In this document: piece after piece, positions 19,895-29,945 of the stretch
Layout: the number at the start of each line of letters is the position of its first letter
Position numbering within the stretch: the stretch's first letter is position 1
Source of the DNA: a virus
Taxonomy: Duplodnaviria > Caudoviricetes
Strand: one strand, 5' to 3'
IMG/VR virus record: IMGVR_UViG_3300047160_010816
Span: 13,188 to 77,187 of that record
Length of the DNA: 64,000 bases
Translations under genes and position numbers: made by a program
Notes under the pieces: model-generated
Databases searched by the model: none
Seen by the model: only the letters and a program-made list of their open reading frames with translations
Told to the model about the DNA's origin: nothing

Positions 19895-19935
19895 AAAAAA
19901 CCCCGCCCCCCGCGGCCGGAGCCGGGAGGACGGGG
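19895..19935 (-). terminator. Rho-independent terminator for the leftward block
   Basis: On the minus strand a GC stem (CCCCGTCCTCCCG...GGGGGGCGGGG) is followed by T6, at the convergence point. Confidence 0.6.
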
Positions 19936-19951
19936 TCAGGAAGGAGGACGG

Positions 19952-20272
19952 TCAGACGGCGGCTGCGATCTTCTCCGCCACGTACTTCACGAAGTCGTCA
20001 GTGCTCATCTGGGGCAGGACGACCTGGGCGACGTAGGCCACCTGCACCTTATCGGCGTCGGGGTCGGGGAGCATCCTCTCGATCACGGCCAGGGTCATGA
20101 GCGCCAGGATGCTGGTGACTCTCTTCGGCCCCAGCCCGCTCCGGGCCGCCCCCTGCCACACGTCGGCGGGGACGGGTAGGTCGCCACCGCCGCGGAGCGC
20201 CTCGTGGAAGGCGACGGCATCAGCCGCTCCGGGGAAGGTCGCGGCGATGTAGCTTTCAGTCATGGTTGTCAT
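19952..20272 (-). CDS. Hypothetical protein
   Basis: 106 aa with AAGGAGCAAG RBS. Confidence 0.6.
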   Translation of the reverse strand: MTTMTESYIAATFPGAADAVAFHEALRGGGDLPVPADVWQGAARSGLGPKRVTSILALMTLAVIERMLPDPDADKVQVAYVAQVVLPQMSTDDFVKYVAEKIAAAV

Positions 20273-20287
20273 CTGTCTTGCTCCTTT

Positions 20288-23275
20288 CTAGCTGACGTAG
20301 ACCAGCTCACCAACAGCCCGTGTAATCGCCACGTAGCGTAGGTTCAGCTCCTGTTCATGCTGCCACGCCGACCGGGCCATCGGGTGGGGCACCGTCGCCC
20401 CCTCGGGCTCCAGCAGGAAGACGCGGTGGGCCTCCAGGCCCTTGGCCTTGTGGATGGAGCTGAGCTTCACCCCTGGGGCGTTCTTGTCATCCGTGAACAT
20501 ATCCTGGATTTTCCGGACCACGTCCCCGGACGTGGGCGACCCCTCGGTGAAGCAGACCAGGCAGTCATAGCGGTCCTGGATGGCGATCAGCTTCGCCTCG
20601 TTGGGATTCCGCTTGGCGTTCTCCTTGCCGCGCTCCTGCTCCAGCCAGTCATCCAGGGCGCGGACCAGCTCGACCACCGGGGTCAGGGCATTGTCCTTGC
20701 CCACCAGTTTGTGGACGGTCGAGACCAGACCTGCTCCTACGTCCCGGCCCTGGATATTGGCCTTGCGGCCGGCCTTCAGGAACCGGAAGCACTCGGCCAC
20801 CAGAGGAGCGTTGACCCGGCAGAGGACCATGTCCCCGTGGCCGGCCCGGTCGTTGTAGAGGCGGTAGGTCGGCGGCGTCCGTACCGTGCCGTCCTTCCCC
20901 CGCGTGACCATCTCCAGGGAGTAGACGAGACCCTCCGGGTTGTCTTCGTGGGCGCTGAAGTCGGGGACGATCTCGTTGGCCTCCGCCACGATGGCCCTGC
21001 CGCAACGGCGGGTCACGGTCAGGGGGAGCACTTCACAGCCGCCGTCCTCACGCAGCTCTTCGGTCATGCGGTCCATGCTCTTGCAGTCGGCCCCGGCAAA
21101 CCCGTAAATTGAATTGTGAGAGACTAGACCATTGGCCAGATAGAGACGCAAACCACGCTCGGTTGGCTCCACGGTGATTCCATATACCGGACCTTTGTAC
21201 TCCTTTCTAGCTATCCGAGCGGTCTGCCACCGACCTGTCAGGCTACCCTCATCCACGCGAAACTGAAAACAGCCGTCGATGAGATTCGCCGCATAGGCGA
21301 TGAACCCTTTCGTAACGGATAGGTAATTATGCCCTTTATCCCCCTTTCTCTCCCAGATGGGTAAGTTGATATCACGGCCGAACTCTTGTAGGCACTTCTC
21401 AGCACGGTCGAGGTTCTCTCCCAGTTGAGAGTAAACCGCGTCAATGAAGTCCTGGCTCGGAGTAGTTCCTCCTCGGTTTCTGAAAACCAGTTGAGGCAAC
21501 CCGTGTTGAACGGCAACCAGCTCCTCGGAGATCCTAGCCTCTATGGACGTGTCAAAGACCTGGAGAATCCAAGCTCGGTCAGCATCCTCAGACCTTGCAC
21601 GAGCTGACACTCCCATGCCACAAGAATACTGCATCTGGCAGATACCTACCCGAAACTGTCCCTCCCGCTCCATCAGGTAGAGGCAGAACTTGTCTTTGCA
21701 CTCGGGGGCAAACCGGACCCACCACTTGTGGTTGAGAGTACAGCCCACGGGACCATCCGAGCCTCCTGCGTCAATTTCCACGATCTCCCCGTCATGCTGA
21801 TGCTCGTGGAATTTCTCAACCTTTCTCCCCTGAGACATCCGACCGGAGAACCTACCGGCGTTTGGGTTGTAAGTCACAACCTTATGGTGGTCCATCTCAG
21901 CCCACAGCTTCTCGATAGGGAGCTTCGACCCTCCTTCCATTGTTACTTTGGTTCCTGGTAGTAAGCACTGCTTCGGGTCGCCACACAGGACCAGCCGCTT
22001 CCCCGCCTTCCTGGCCAGCGCCTGCTGGCAGCGGTTGAGGTCCTGGGCCTCATCCACGAGGAGCAAGTCGTTCTTGAACACGGGTAGGTCCAGTACGACC
22101 GGCAGCCAGATCATGTCGTTGTAATCGATGCGGCCCTGCGGCTTCTTGCACAGGTCGAGGACTTCGGGGACCAGGCCGAAAATCTCCTCGCGGTAGGAAG
22201 TGCCGGCGCTGTAGTCGGCAATCCCTCTGCCGTAGCGGTTTCCTTCCTCGGCCAGCTCGACGTCGTAGTAGTCGGCCAGATAGGCAAGGTTCTCCGGGGT
22301 CGGCTCCATCAGGTTCACCTTGCACAGCCCGACCAGCTCGGCCACGGCCTTCAGCACGACCGGCTTGGCCTGACGGAGGGTGCGCACGTCCACACCGAGA
22401 AGGGCGGAGATGTGGTCCACGACCACGTACTCCGAGACCTCCAGCCGGCCGAAGGCCCACGTCACCGACCGGAAGCCCATCGAGTGCATGGTCATGGCCT
22501 CGCAGCCGGCCGGGACGCGCCGCTGCAACTCGGTGGCGATGGACTTGTTAAAGGCCACGAAGCAGACGGAACGGGCGCTTCTGCTCCTCGCCACCGCGTC
22601 CCAGATGGCCTTCTGCTGCGGGGACGGCGTGATGGTCTTCCGGACCGGCGGGCCGCCCTTCGGGTCGGGGACCAGAGTGTAGGGGGTCTCTCCCTTCAGC
22701 ACCTGGAGGGCGCAGACCAGGGTGGTCGTCTTCCCCGTGCCGGCGCGGGCCTCGACGACGAGGTGGGGCGGCTGCCCCGGCCCGCGCCCGGCCGGCGTCA
22801 TCGGGTTAGCAGCCAACTGCCCCGCCAGGGAGACCGCGGCGGAGGTCGGCGTAGTAGGCGTCCCTTTGTCGCCAGGCGAAGCTGCCGCCACAGGAGCCAC
22901 AGTCGGCCTGTCCCGTGGGGTCGTTGGCATCGACACAGGTGTCGAGGCAGTGGGGACAAAAGGGCGCGGCACGGTCCCCCCGCAGTGCGAGCATTGCTCC
23001 CCCGCACTGTCACCGGCTTCGAGGCAACCGGCCGACCGCTCACAGACGGTCCCCTCGACTTCGGGGACCTCGGGAGCGGCCTTCTCTTCCTTGGCCGGGC
23101 TGCGGAACTTGGCGGCTGACTTGAACGTGGTTTTCCTGCCGGTCAGGACGTTGACCACGACGAAGTGAGGCAATCCCTCGAACTTCTCCACGACCTCAAG
23201 CACCTTGACGGTGGCGTGCCGGCCGTTGACCTTGGCAACGTAGAAGTTGCCTACGCGGATTTCGTTAGCGTGCAT
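20288..23275 (-). CDS. SF1 UvrD/Rep-like DNA helicase with intein
   Basis: ARAGTGKTT, VDEAQD, GDPKQ/SIYGF, HKAKGLE, YVAITRA; likely start MHANE at 23275. Confidence 0.9.
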   Translation of the reverse strand: MHANEIRVGNFYVAKVNGRHATVKVLEVVEKFEGLPHFVVVNVLTGRKTTFKSAAKFRSPAKEEKAAPEVPEVEGTVCERSAGCLEAGDSAGEQCSHCGGTVPRPFVPTASTPVSMPTTPRDRPTVAPVAAASPGDKGTPTTPTSAAVSLAGQLAANPMTPAGRGPGQPPHLVVEARAGTGKTTTLVCALQVLKGETPYTLVPDPKGGPPVRKTITPSPQQKAIWDAVARSRSARSVCFVAFNKSIATELQRRVPAGCEAMTMHSMGFRSVTWAFGRLEVSEYVVVDHISALLGVDVRTLRQAKPVVLKAVAELVGLCKVNLMEPTPENLAYLADYYDVELAEEGNRYGRGIADYSAGTSYREEIFGLVPEVLDLCKKPQGRIDYNDMIWLPVVLDLPVFKNDLLLVDEAQDLNRCQQALARKAGKRLVLCGDPKQCLLPGTKVTMEGGSKLPIEKLWAEMDHHKVVTYNPNAGRFSGRMSQGRKVEKFHEHQHDGEIVEIDAGGSDGPVGCTLNHKWWVRFAPECKDKFCLYLMEREGQFRVGICQMQYSCGMGVSARARSEDADRAWILQVFDTSIEARISEELVAVQHGLPQLVFRNRGGTTPSQDFIDAVYSQLGENLDRAEKCLQEFGRDINLPIWERKGDKGHNYLSVTKGFIAYAANLIDGCFQFRVDEGSLTGRWQTARIARKEYKGPVYGITVEPTERGLRLYLANGLVSHNSIYGFAGADCKSMDRMTEELREDGGCEVLPLTVTRRCGRAIVAEANEIVPDFSAHEDNPEGLVYSLEMVTRGKDGTVRTPPTYRLYNDRAGHGDMVLCRVNAPLVAECFRFLKAGRKANIQGRDVGAGLVSTVHKLVGKDNALTPVVELVRALDDWLEQERGKENAKRNPNEAKLIAIQDRYDCLVCFTEGSPTSGDVVRKIQDMFTDDKNAPGVKLSSIHKAKGLEAHRVFLLEPEGATVPHPMARSAWQHEQELNLRYVAITRAVGELVYVS
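21113..21967 (-). mobile_element. Intein (285 aa) in helicase motif III
   Basis: ...GDPKQ|CLLPGT...CTLNHKW...LANGLVSHN|SIYGF; Cys1, His-Asn terminus, Ser+1; lower GC than flanks. Confidence 0.93.
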
Positions 23276-23444
23276 TGTCTTCCTCTCTCTTTGGTTGAGA
23301 ATCCCGCCTCTGCGTTGACCGGACTTGGCAACCGGCACCGGGCACACGCTCGGTGGTCGCATTAAGGAAAAGAGGGGAGGGCCGGCATCGGTTCCTACGG
23401 TATCACCCCGTGGCACGCCGGTTCCTCCCCCTGTCTCTCACTGG

Positions 23445-25007
23445 TCACTGTTGGGACGCGGCGAGTTCTGCGTCCGCCTTCCGTGCCGCCTCGGTCTGGG
23501 ACGCCTCGACCTCTGCCCGCGGGGACCGAGCCGGCTTCTTGAGGCGGGGGGTCGGCGGCTTCCCGTCCGCGTCCCCGGCCTTGCCCACGTTTGAAGGAGC
23601 ACCGTCCTCCCCGCCGGACACGACCGCCGCGCCCGTGCCCTTCCTGGCGGCCCGCTCGGTCATCCGGTGCTGGGCCAGCTTCCGGTCGGCGTCATTGTGG
23701 TCGCCGTTGCCGTTGGCCCTCTCCTCGTCCACGGCCGCCTTCCGCTCCTCGATGGTGTCACTGTCCCCCTCTTCGTCGCCCTTCCAGGGGCCGCGGTCGA
23801 TCCCCGGCATCGACGGCCACTCGTCCAGGTCGGCCGAGATGACCAGGCCGTTCTCGTTGCGCTTGGTCTCGTAGTGCAGGTGCAGCTCCGGCTCCATGAA
23901 CTTCTCCCCGGCCACGAACTTGAGCCACGCCTTGACGAGTGTGCCCATCTTCTCGTCTGTGGTGCCAGCGTCGCGGCCGTCGGCCGTGAACACCTTGCCG
24001 GTCGCCCGCCGGTCATCCCCTTCCGTGGGGCGGCGCGCCTTGCGGATCGGATCGAACGAAGGGTCGTTCGAGCAGAGCAGACGCCAGAACTCGCACGCCT
24101 GCTCGTGGTGCGACCACTTGAAGCCGCGCGACTCCGAGTATTCCTCTGTGAAGCCGTCCTTGCGGCCTGGGCCGCGGCCGTAGTAGCGGTCGGGATCGGA
24201 GTCGTGGGCGGACATGAGATAAAGGAGGGCGGACGCATGGCCGGGGTTCAGCCAGCGGGACACCAGCTTATCCTTATCCTCTTCCCAAACGTGGCGGACG
24301 CACTTCACCACCCGCGGGTGGCGGTCCAGGAACTCCAGGGACTCCGACGGGGTCTGGATCGACACGTAGGCATTGCGGTCGATCCGCAGTCGGACCCAGA
24401 GCACCCTGATGCACCACTTGAGCATGTGGGTCAGCTTCACGAGGTCCACTTCTGAGAACACCTTCCGCTCGAACAGCTCGGACTGAGTGTAGAAGATATC
24501 CTCCAGGGACCTGGGGAGGACGTTGTCGTAGGTGCGGAGCACGTCCGCATCATCGCTGGCACCGAAGCAGACGACCGATTCGATGTACGGCTCGACCGGC
24601 CACTTCTGGAGCCAGTAGCTCCGCTGGTCCCCTCCCCAGCGCTGGCCGGCCCGGACTAGACCGACGAGGCGGTGGACGGCGCTGTTGATGTGGCCGTGGT
24701 GGTCGATGACCAGCGACTCCATGTTGAACTTGTAGCGGCGGTTCAGAATCTCCTGTTCGTACATCATGCTCCGCCGCGGGTTGAACCTACGGTTGTGCAC
24801 GTTGTTGCGGAGCCAGACCTTCTGGTTCTCCGCGTCAATCAAGTGGAAGGGGCCGTCGGTGACAACCGTCCAGCCGAGGAGCTTCTTGGCCATGTCTACG
24901 GTAACGGGTCCGATCCCGTCCACGCGGTAGATCTCCGCCCGCGGCTCGGGGTAGATGATCTCGGGGGTGTCACCACCGTTGTTGGCCTTGCTCTTCTTCT
25001 GCGGCAT
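23445..25007 (-). CDS. ParB/DndB-like N-terminal domain protein (putative DNA-binding)
   Basis: NNVHNRRF...KFNMESLVID..G.INSAVHRL resembles the NR...GE.I..D..G.L.DGQHRL family. Confidence 0.45.
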   Translation of the reverse strand: MPQKKSKANNGGDTPEIIYPEPRAEIYRVDGIGPVTVDMAKKLLGWTVVTDGPFHLIDAENQKVWLRNNVHNRRFNPRRSMMYEQEILNRRYKFNMESLVIDHHGHINSAVHRLVGLVRAGQRWGGDQRSYWLQKWPVEPYIESVVCFGASDDADVLRTYDNVLPRSLEDIFYTQSELFERKVFSEVDLVKLTHMLKWCIRVLWVRLRIDRNAYVSIQTPSESLEFLDRHPRVVKCVRHVWEEDKDKLVSRWLNPGHASALLYLMSAHDSDPDRYYGRGPGRKDGFTEEYSESRGFKWSHHEQACEFWRLLCSNDPSFDPIRKARRPTEGDDRRATGKVFTADGRDAGTTDEKMGTLVKAWLKFVAGEKFMEPELHLHYETKRNENGLVISADLDEWPSMPGIDRGPWKGDEEGDSDTIEERKAAVDEERANGNGDHNDADRKLAQHRMTERAARKGTGAAVVSGGEDGAPSNVGKAGDADGKPPTPRLKKPARSPRAEVEASQTEAARKADAELAASQQ

Positions 25008-25073
25008 AGCTTGCTCCTTCATATGAGGATGAGTGAAACGAGTACGACGAATTGGTCGGGTCGGCTGCCGGGA

Positions 25074-25430
25074 CTACGTGCCCCGGCGGCCCCTCTGCAT
25101 TTTCTGTTCGGCGATCAGTATCTCCTGACGCCGTTCCGGGCTGACGGTCGGCCGGCCGGCGGGGATGACCTCCGGCCTGGAGGACAGGTCGGGCGGCGGG
25201 GCTGCCGGCGGCCCCTTCCTGCCCTTACCAGGTGGTAGGGGGAGCAGACGTGGTAGGCGGGCGTCCCGGACGGCCTCCAGACTGAGCCCGCGGTCCAGGT
25301 CCCGGCGGCAGTCGTGGCAGACGGGGTACTCCCTGGCGATCTGCCTCCCCCCCGTCCGGTACTCCGTGTGCCGGACGAGAGACTGGCCCTCTGGGACCAG
25401 GGCCGTGCAAACACCACAGCGGTAAGACAT
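25074..25430 (-). CDS. Small Zn-finger protein
   Basis: CGVC...CHDC; AGGAGG RBS. Confidence 0.55.
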   Translation of the reverse strand: MSYRCGVCTALVPEGQSLVRHTEYRTGGRQIAREYPVCHDCRRDLDRGLSLEAVRDARLPRLLPLPPGKGRKGPPAAPPPDLSSRPEVIPAGRPTVSPERRQEILIAEQKMQRGRRGT

Positions 25431-25515
25431 AACAACCTCCTTCCTCCGGCCCGTCGTGAGCCGGCAACAAACACAGAAAGGCCGGGAGAGGCGTACCCCC
25501 CCCGGCCGCGGCACC

Positions 25516-25707
25516 TTAGTCTCTGGGCACGTGGGGCAGGCGGCGACGGCCCCCGCCGCATTTCTGGTAGCGGGTGAACTGCTCGCGTGCCTCATGCTCC
25601 TTCAGCAGGTTCTTGTAGGACGGGGCGGCGGCGTAGTCCCCCGAACGGTGGAAGCCGCCCTTACCCTGCTGGAGGAACCGCTCCAACGCATCGCGTTGCG
25701 TAGACAT
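25516..25707 (-). CDS. Small hypothetical protein
   Basis: AAAGGAG RBS. Confidence 0.5.
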   Translation of the reverse strand: MSTQRDALERFLQQGKGGFHRSGDYAAAPSYKNLLKEHEAREQFTRYQKCGGGRRRLPHVPRD

Positions 25708-26135
25708 ACCGAACTCCTTTGCGTGGGCGATGGTGAGTAGTGAGAGTCATCTAACGTAAGACGGCCGCTCAGTCTACCCTCCGGGGCCGGGAGGGTAGTA
25801 GGAGGGGTCGGCTCACTTGCTCCTTTCACTTCCAGAACATTTTCACGGCACACCAGATAACCAGCCCGAGCCACCAAAGGAAGGTGAGCTGTCCCTCCCA
25901 CCGGTCTGCGTAACAGGTCAGACAGAGACCGTCGTGGAGGTCATCCTCATCGTCCACCGGTTTGTTGCACTTGCGACAGAGTAGGGTGCTCACGGGGCAC
26001 CTCCCTCCTGGGCGGGGCGGAAGGCCGAGATGCCGGCCTTCTGATTGAGGTAGTTGATGGTTCTGAGGTCCCACATGATCGAACTCCTTTGGCTGAAATG
26101 GTGAGTAAGAGTATAAGGGCGAAGGGGCGCGGTGT

Positions 26136-26357
26136 CTACCACCGCGCCCACTCGGGCAGACGGTGGTACAGGTAATCGCAGACGGCCTCGGTGTCGGTGG
26201 CCGTCCGAACGTCCCCGCTCATACGCAGTCGCATGGCGGACGCCTTGTGCTCGGCGTAGACGGACAGGGCGCGGAGGACGCGGGCGGCCTCGTCGAGGTC
26301 GGCGGGGTCCACCGACAGGTCGTCGAGGTTCGGCGATTCAAACAACGGTTCGGACAT
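26136..26357 (-). CDS. Small hypothetical protein
   Basis: GGAGAG RBS, 73 aa. Confidence 0.55.
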   Translation of the reverse strand: MSEPLFESPNLDDLSVDPADLDEAARVLRALSVYAEHKASAMRLRMSGDVRTATDTEAVCDYLYHRLPEWARW

Positions 26358-26643
26358 GGTGCTCTCCCTTCGGGCGATGGTATAAGCGCCGGGAGCCGGG
26401 GTGGGGTCTTTCAGTCGGCGACTCTGGGTGGGTACGTCCCGTTTTGCGGGCTAGCAGCTCGGTCAGGGCCTAGCTACCCTGCCGCCCCACCCGCCCGTAT
26501 TCACGGTCCAGGCCACCCTTCCTAGTCTCCCCCACATTGCTACATCCACGGCCCCCTGACCCCGTAGATCAGGCGGGGTGTCTTCCTCAGAAGTGGCCGG
26601 GGGGTCTGCGACCTCCCCCGGTACGCAACGGCCACGGGCGATG

Positions 26644-27087
26644 TTACGGTACTTCGGTCAGCGGCACCAGCCGCTCGGGTGCCATGATGACCGCCTCCTG
26701 GGTCATGTAGTCGAAGACGTGGTACGCTCCCGCGCCGGCCTTCGCCACCGCGTTACGGATGCGGCGGCTGCCGCCGTCGGTGACCTTGACCTTCGTGCCC
26801 TGGTCACCCCTGCGGACGCCGACGCGGAACCTCTTCACCTCCACGTCGTAGGACACGACCACATCGGCCGGATCGGTGATGATCCGGATGACGCGGCCGG
26901 CGGCGTAGTGCGGTTTCGGGGCGGGCCGGCCGTCGGGGCCGTTGACCGATGCCGTCCAAGTCACCCCTGGGTTAGACAGGTCCACGCACTCCCAGATGGC
27001 CAGGCCGTTGCGCTCCGCCAGCCAGCGGCGGATCAGGGCGACGTTCTCGGCCTTGATGGTGTGCTTGCCTACGTGGGTCGCGGTCAT
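26644..27087 (-). CDS. Hypothetical protein
   Basis: AAAGGAGCAA RBS, 147 aa. Confidence 0.65.
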   Translation of the reverse strand: MTATHVGKHTIKAENVALIRRWLAERNGLAIWECVDLSNPGVTWTASVNGPDGRPAPKPHYAAGRVIRIITDPADVVVSYDVEVKRFRVGVRRGDQGTKVKVTDGGSRRIRNAVAKAGAGAYHVFDYMTQEAVIMAPERLVPLTEVP

Positions 27088-27088
27088 T

Positions 27089-27694
27089 TCATTGCTCCTT
27101 TACGTGGGTGAAGGTGAGACTCGTGCCGCCGTCGGCCGCGGACAGGAAGCCCCTGACGGTCTTGCCGTTCAGACGGGCGCGGGCCGGCACGCTGAAATAA
27201 GTGTCCGGGACGGAGCAGCGGACTACCCGCCGGACCCCGTCGGGAAACCGGGCAAGGGCGCGGCGGTGGAAGCCGCCGTGGGGGTAAGTGAACTCCTCCC
27301 CCTCCATCCAGGTTCCGTCCTGGTAGTCGTGGCTCTGGATCGGCATGCCGTAGTAGGTACCGGTCCGCGGCCGGGCCGAGCTGTGGCGGCGAGCGAGGCG
27401 GGCGTCCTCGTCGGCCAGCAACTTCTCCAGGACCCAGCCGGCCCCGACGGTGATGTGGCGGGTGCTGCGAACGTAGACCATGTTGCGCCGACCCTTCTTG
27501 GCGTAGGCACCGGGGTGCCTGATCCACGTCCCGTTTTTCGTCTCGAAGTGCCAGCTGCTGCCGCCGACCCGCGGTTCCTCGAACCCATCCACGTAGACGA
27601 TGGGGGAGGAGGTCCCCCGGTCGAGGGCGGCGGCGCGCACCAGGCGGGAGGCCCGGCGCAGGTTGGCTTTGTTGAAGTACAACATGGTAGTCAT
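27089..27694 (-). CDS. Hypothetical protein
   Basis: AAAGGA RBS, 201 aa. Confidence 0.6.
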   Translation of the reverse strand: MTTMLYFNKANLRRASRLVRAAALDRGTSSPIVYVDGFEEPRVGGSSWHFETKNGTWIRHPGAYAKKGRRNMVYVRSTRHITVGAGWVLEKLLADEDARLARRHSSARPRTGTYYGMPIQSHDYQDGTWMEGEEFTYPHGGFHRRALARFPDGVRRVVRCSVPDTYFSVPARARLNGKTVRGFLSAADGGTSLTFTHVKEQ

Positions 27695-27784
27695 CCTTTC
27701 GTGTTAGAGCGACCGGGCGAAGAAAGCGGCCGGCGGGAGCGCGACTCCCCGCGGTATCGCTCCGGCCGAAGGGCGGAGGAGCGA

Positions 27785-28330
27785 TTACATATCGCCGGTG
27801 TAGATCGGAGTCGTTGCCGTATAACGGTCCTTCTCCTGACCGGGGGCATCGGCGAACGCCGCGGCCTCTCTCTCCCATTTGTCCAGGCAGTCCTGGCAGC
27901 GGGCATAGGTCTTCAGGGTCGGCTTCTTGCAGCCGCGGCAGGGGACCGGGATCTGGACGAGACCCCAGACAGAATCCACACAGAAGTCGGTATCTGTCCC
28001 TGCCGGCCCCTGGACCACGAAGCCGGCGTAGCCGGGTAGAATGCCATCGTCCCAAATCTCGTCGCGGTAGATGCCACCCTCTTCGTAGGACCCACTGAGC
28101 CAGTCTCCGTCCCCGAAGGAGCGAAGGGCGCGGTCGTAGACGATCTCACGGACCGACTCGACTTGTTCCCTGGTCAGAACGACCGGGACGCAACGGAGAC
28201 CCCAGGACTCACAGTAGCGGCTGCCGCCACCTCCCTTTGTCAGGGCGTCGCGCTCGGCCTCGACCAGGGCCAGCTTCTCCTCTAGCTCCTTTACCTTCCG
28301 TTCCAGGTCTCGTTTCAGCATCTTGGTCAT
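27785..28330 (-). CDS. Hypothetical protein with coiled coil and C-terminal Zn-ribbon
   Basis: CRGC...CQDC. Confidence 0.6.
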   Translation of the reverse strand: MTKMLKRDLERKVKELEEKLALVEAERDALTKGGGGSRYCESWGLRCVPVVLTREQVESVREIVYDRALRSFGDGDWLSGSYEEGGIYRDEIWDDGILPGYAGFVVQGPAGTDTDFCVDSVWGLVQIPVPCRGCKKPTLKTYARCQDCLDKWEREAAAFADAPGQEKDRYTATTPIYTGDM

Positions 28331-28629
28331 GGTAGCAGTCCTTTCTTAGCTAGGGCGACCAGGGCGGAATTGTGCTTGCACTTCTTCCACCTGCGCCACC
28401 CGGGGCAGGTGCAGGCCCCGTCCACCTCGTTGACGCGGTACTCGGTCCCCCCGACGGGGACGTACCGGCAGACGCGCCGCCAGCCGTCCACCCCCGGATC
28501 GCCGAACTGGTACATCTCGATCCTCCCGTCCGTATGAGTGATACGGAAGCTGCCGAAGCGGTACTGCCAGCCTCGGCCATTGGGCAGGGACAGGAGGGCG
28601 ACGGTGCGGTTCTCATTCTTCTTCATCAT
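28327..28629 (-). CDS. SWIM zinc-finger protein
   Basis: YRV...ACTCPGWRRWKKCKH (CxC-xn-CxH). Confidence 0.7.
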   Translation of the reverse strand: MMKKNENRTVALLSLPNGRGWQYRFGSFRITHTDGRIEMYQFGDPGVDGWRRVCRYVPVGGTEYRVNEVDGACTCPGWRRWKKCKHNSALVALAKKGLLP

Positions 28630-28879
28630 TGTCGTTGTCCTCCTCTTCCTCGACGAGTGAGCAGCCGGCGTAGTGGGTAAAGCCGTCGGCGTCGGGGCAG
28701 CCACACTCCCCACAGCAGTCACAGCAGGGGCAGTACACCGTGTACCGACCCGTCGAGGCGAGATGCTCCCCGCACTCGACACATTCGCCCAAACAACGGC
28801 CGTGGTAATCATAACCAGGGCACTCGCTATAGGTCAGTTTGCAAGAGTGGCCGTATGAGCTGATTTTGGGAAGAGACAT
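28613..28879 (-). CDS. Cys-rich small protein with acidic tail
   Basis: Multiple CxxC motifs. Confidence 0.5.
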   Translation of the reverse strand: MSLPKISSYGHSCKLTYSECPGYDYHGRCLGECVECGEHLASTGRYTVYCPCCDCCGECGCPDADGFTHYAGCSLVEEEEDNDNDEEE

Positions 28880-29534
28880 GATGTGCTCCTCTATGGGCGT
28901 GCGGTTTCGGCCCCTTACCGGGGGCCATCGTCGGCGGAGGCGAAGAAGCCTCCGGACCGCGTTGGGCGTGGGCGAGCGGTTCTACCGGAGAAGCCAGGGC
29001 CACGTGAGCCGTCCTTGCGTTCCTTCCACTCCCGCTCCTCCGCCCTGCCCGCCCGACTACTGGGAAAACGCCGGTGGGGTCATAGGGCCGGGTCGGTGGG
29101 GTGTCCACCTGGCTGTCCGTCGTCCTTCCCTTACTTCCCCTGGGGTGGAGTCCCGGAGTTACCTGGGTCAGGTTTAGGTCCACTGACCAGCCCCCGGGGC
29201 ATCGTCCCTTGGTTTTGGGGGGAGGACCGAGTTTTCAAAGACCCTGGAAGGTGGGGGCGGTTCCCCGATTCCCTTCCTCTCTTCTCTCTCCTGGGCTAGA
29301 GTTATTATACAGAACCAGGCAAGAGTGGCAAGGGAGCAGCCCCGAAAAGTGCCGCTTCCCACCCGCCTAAGCCCTTCCTGGTAGAGGGGTTAGGGAAATC
29401 TGGGAAAAAATGATTCGGGAGAAGGGGTCACTTTTCCAGGGCGATAGTTAGTAACAGCTGGCGGAGGCTCGGCCGCCCTACTATCAGGGGAACTAATGGT
29501 GCAGAAATCCTCGGAATTCCGGGGGATTTTCCCC

Positions 29535-29561
29535 TTGACGCCGCCGGGAAACTGGTATACT
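29535..29561 (+). promoter_or_regulatory. Candidate promoter
   Basis: TTGACG-N15-TATACT with a TGn extension. Confidence 0.45.
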
Positions 29562-29945
29562 GGTGGGGACCTGTTTGGTCACCCGAGGTGGGGGCCGGCT
29601 TCAAAGGTCGCCGGCCACGGTCCTGAGTTCACCGGGCAACGGAAGCTGTGTATGTGGGACGTAGTCCGAAGCCGCGAGGTCAGGGCGAAGCCCGATACCC
29701 CTGCCCAGGGGGTAGTGATGCTTGATCCCCCCTACGCCCCGGTCCGGGTGAGGCGCAAGCCGAGCCAACCACCACCAAAAGATCCGAGGTAAAGCCGCCT
29801 GCCCTTAGGGCAGCCCGGCAAATCGGTACTTTACAGGACCCGATCCCATACTCAGCTCCTCCTGCCCCCTCTTCTTTTATAGTAGGGGGGAGGGGTAGGG
29901 GAAGGGGGGGATTTTCGGAATTCCAGGACGATTCCAGGATGCACC

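Noticed and set aside
22790-22830. Other GCCGGCGT occurrences (22790, 28021, 28663, 35784, 45832)
   Set aside because: No TG-starting loop repeat 9 nt downstream; these are chance matches in GC-rich coding DNA.
27084-28055. Long alternative-frame ORFs (e.g. 27084-28055, 39048-40520, 47474-48850, 60447-61982)
   Set aside because: They overlap or oppose better-supported genes, have Arg/Gly/Pro-biased composition and lack RBS; typical high-GC shadow ORFs.
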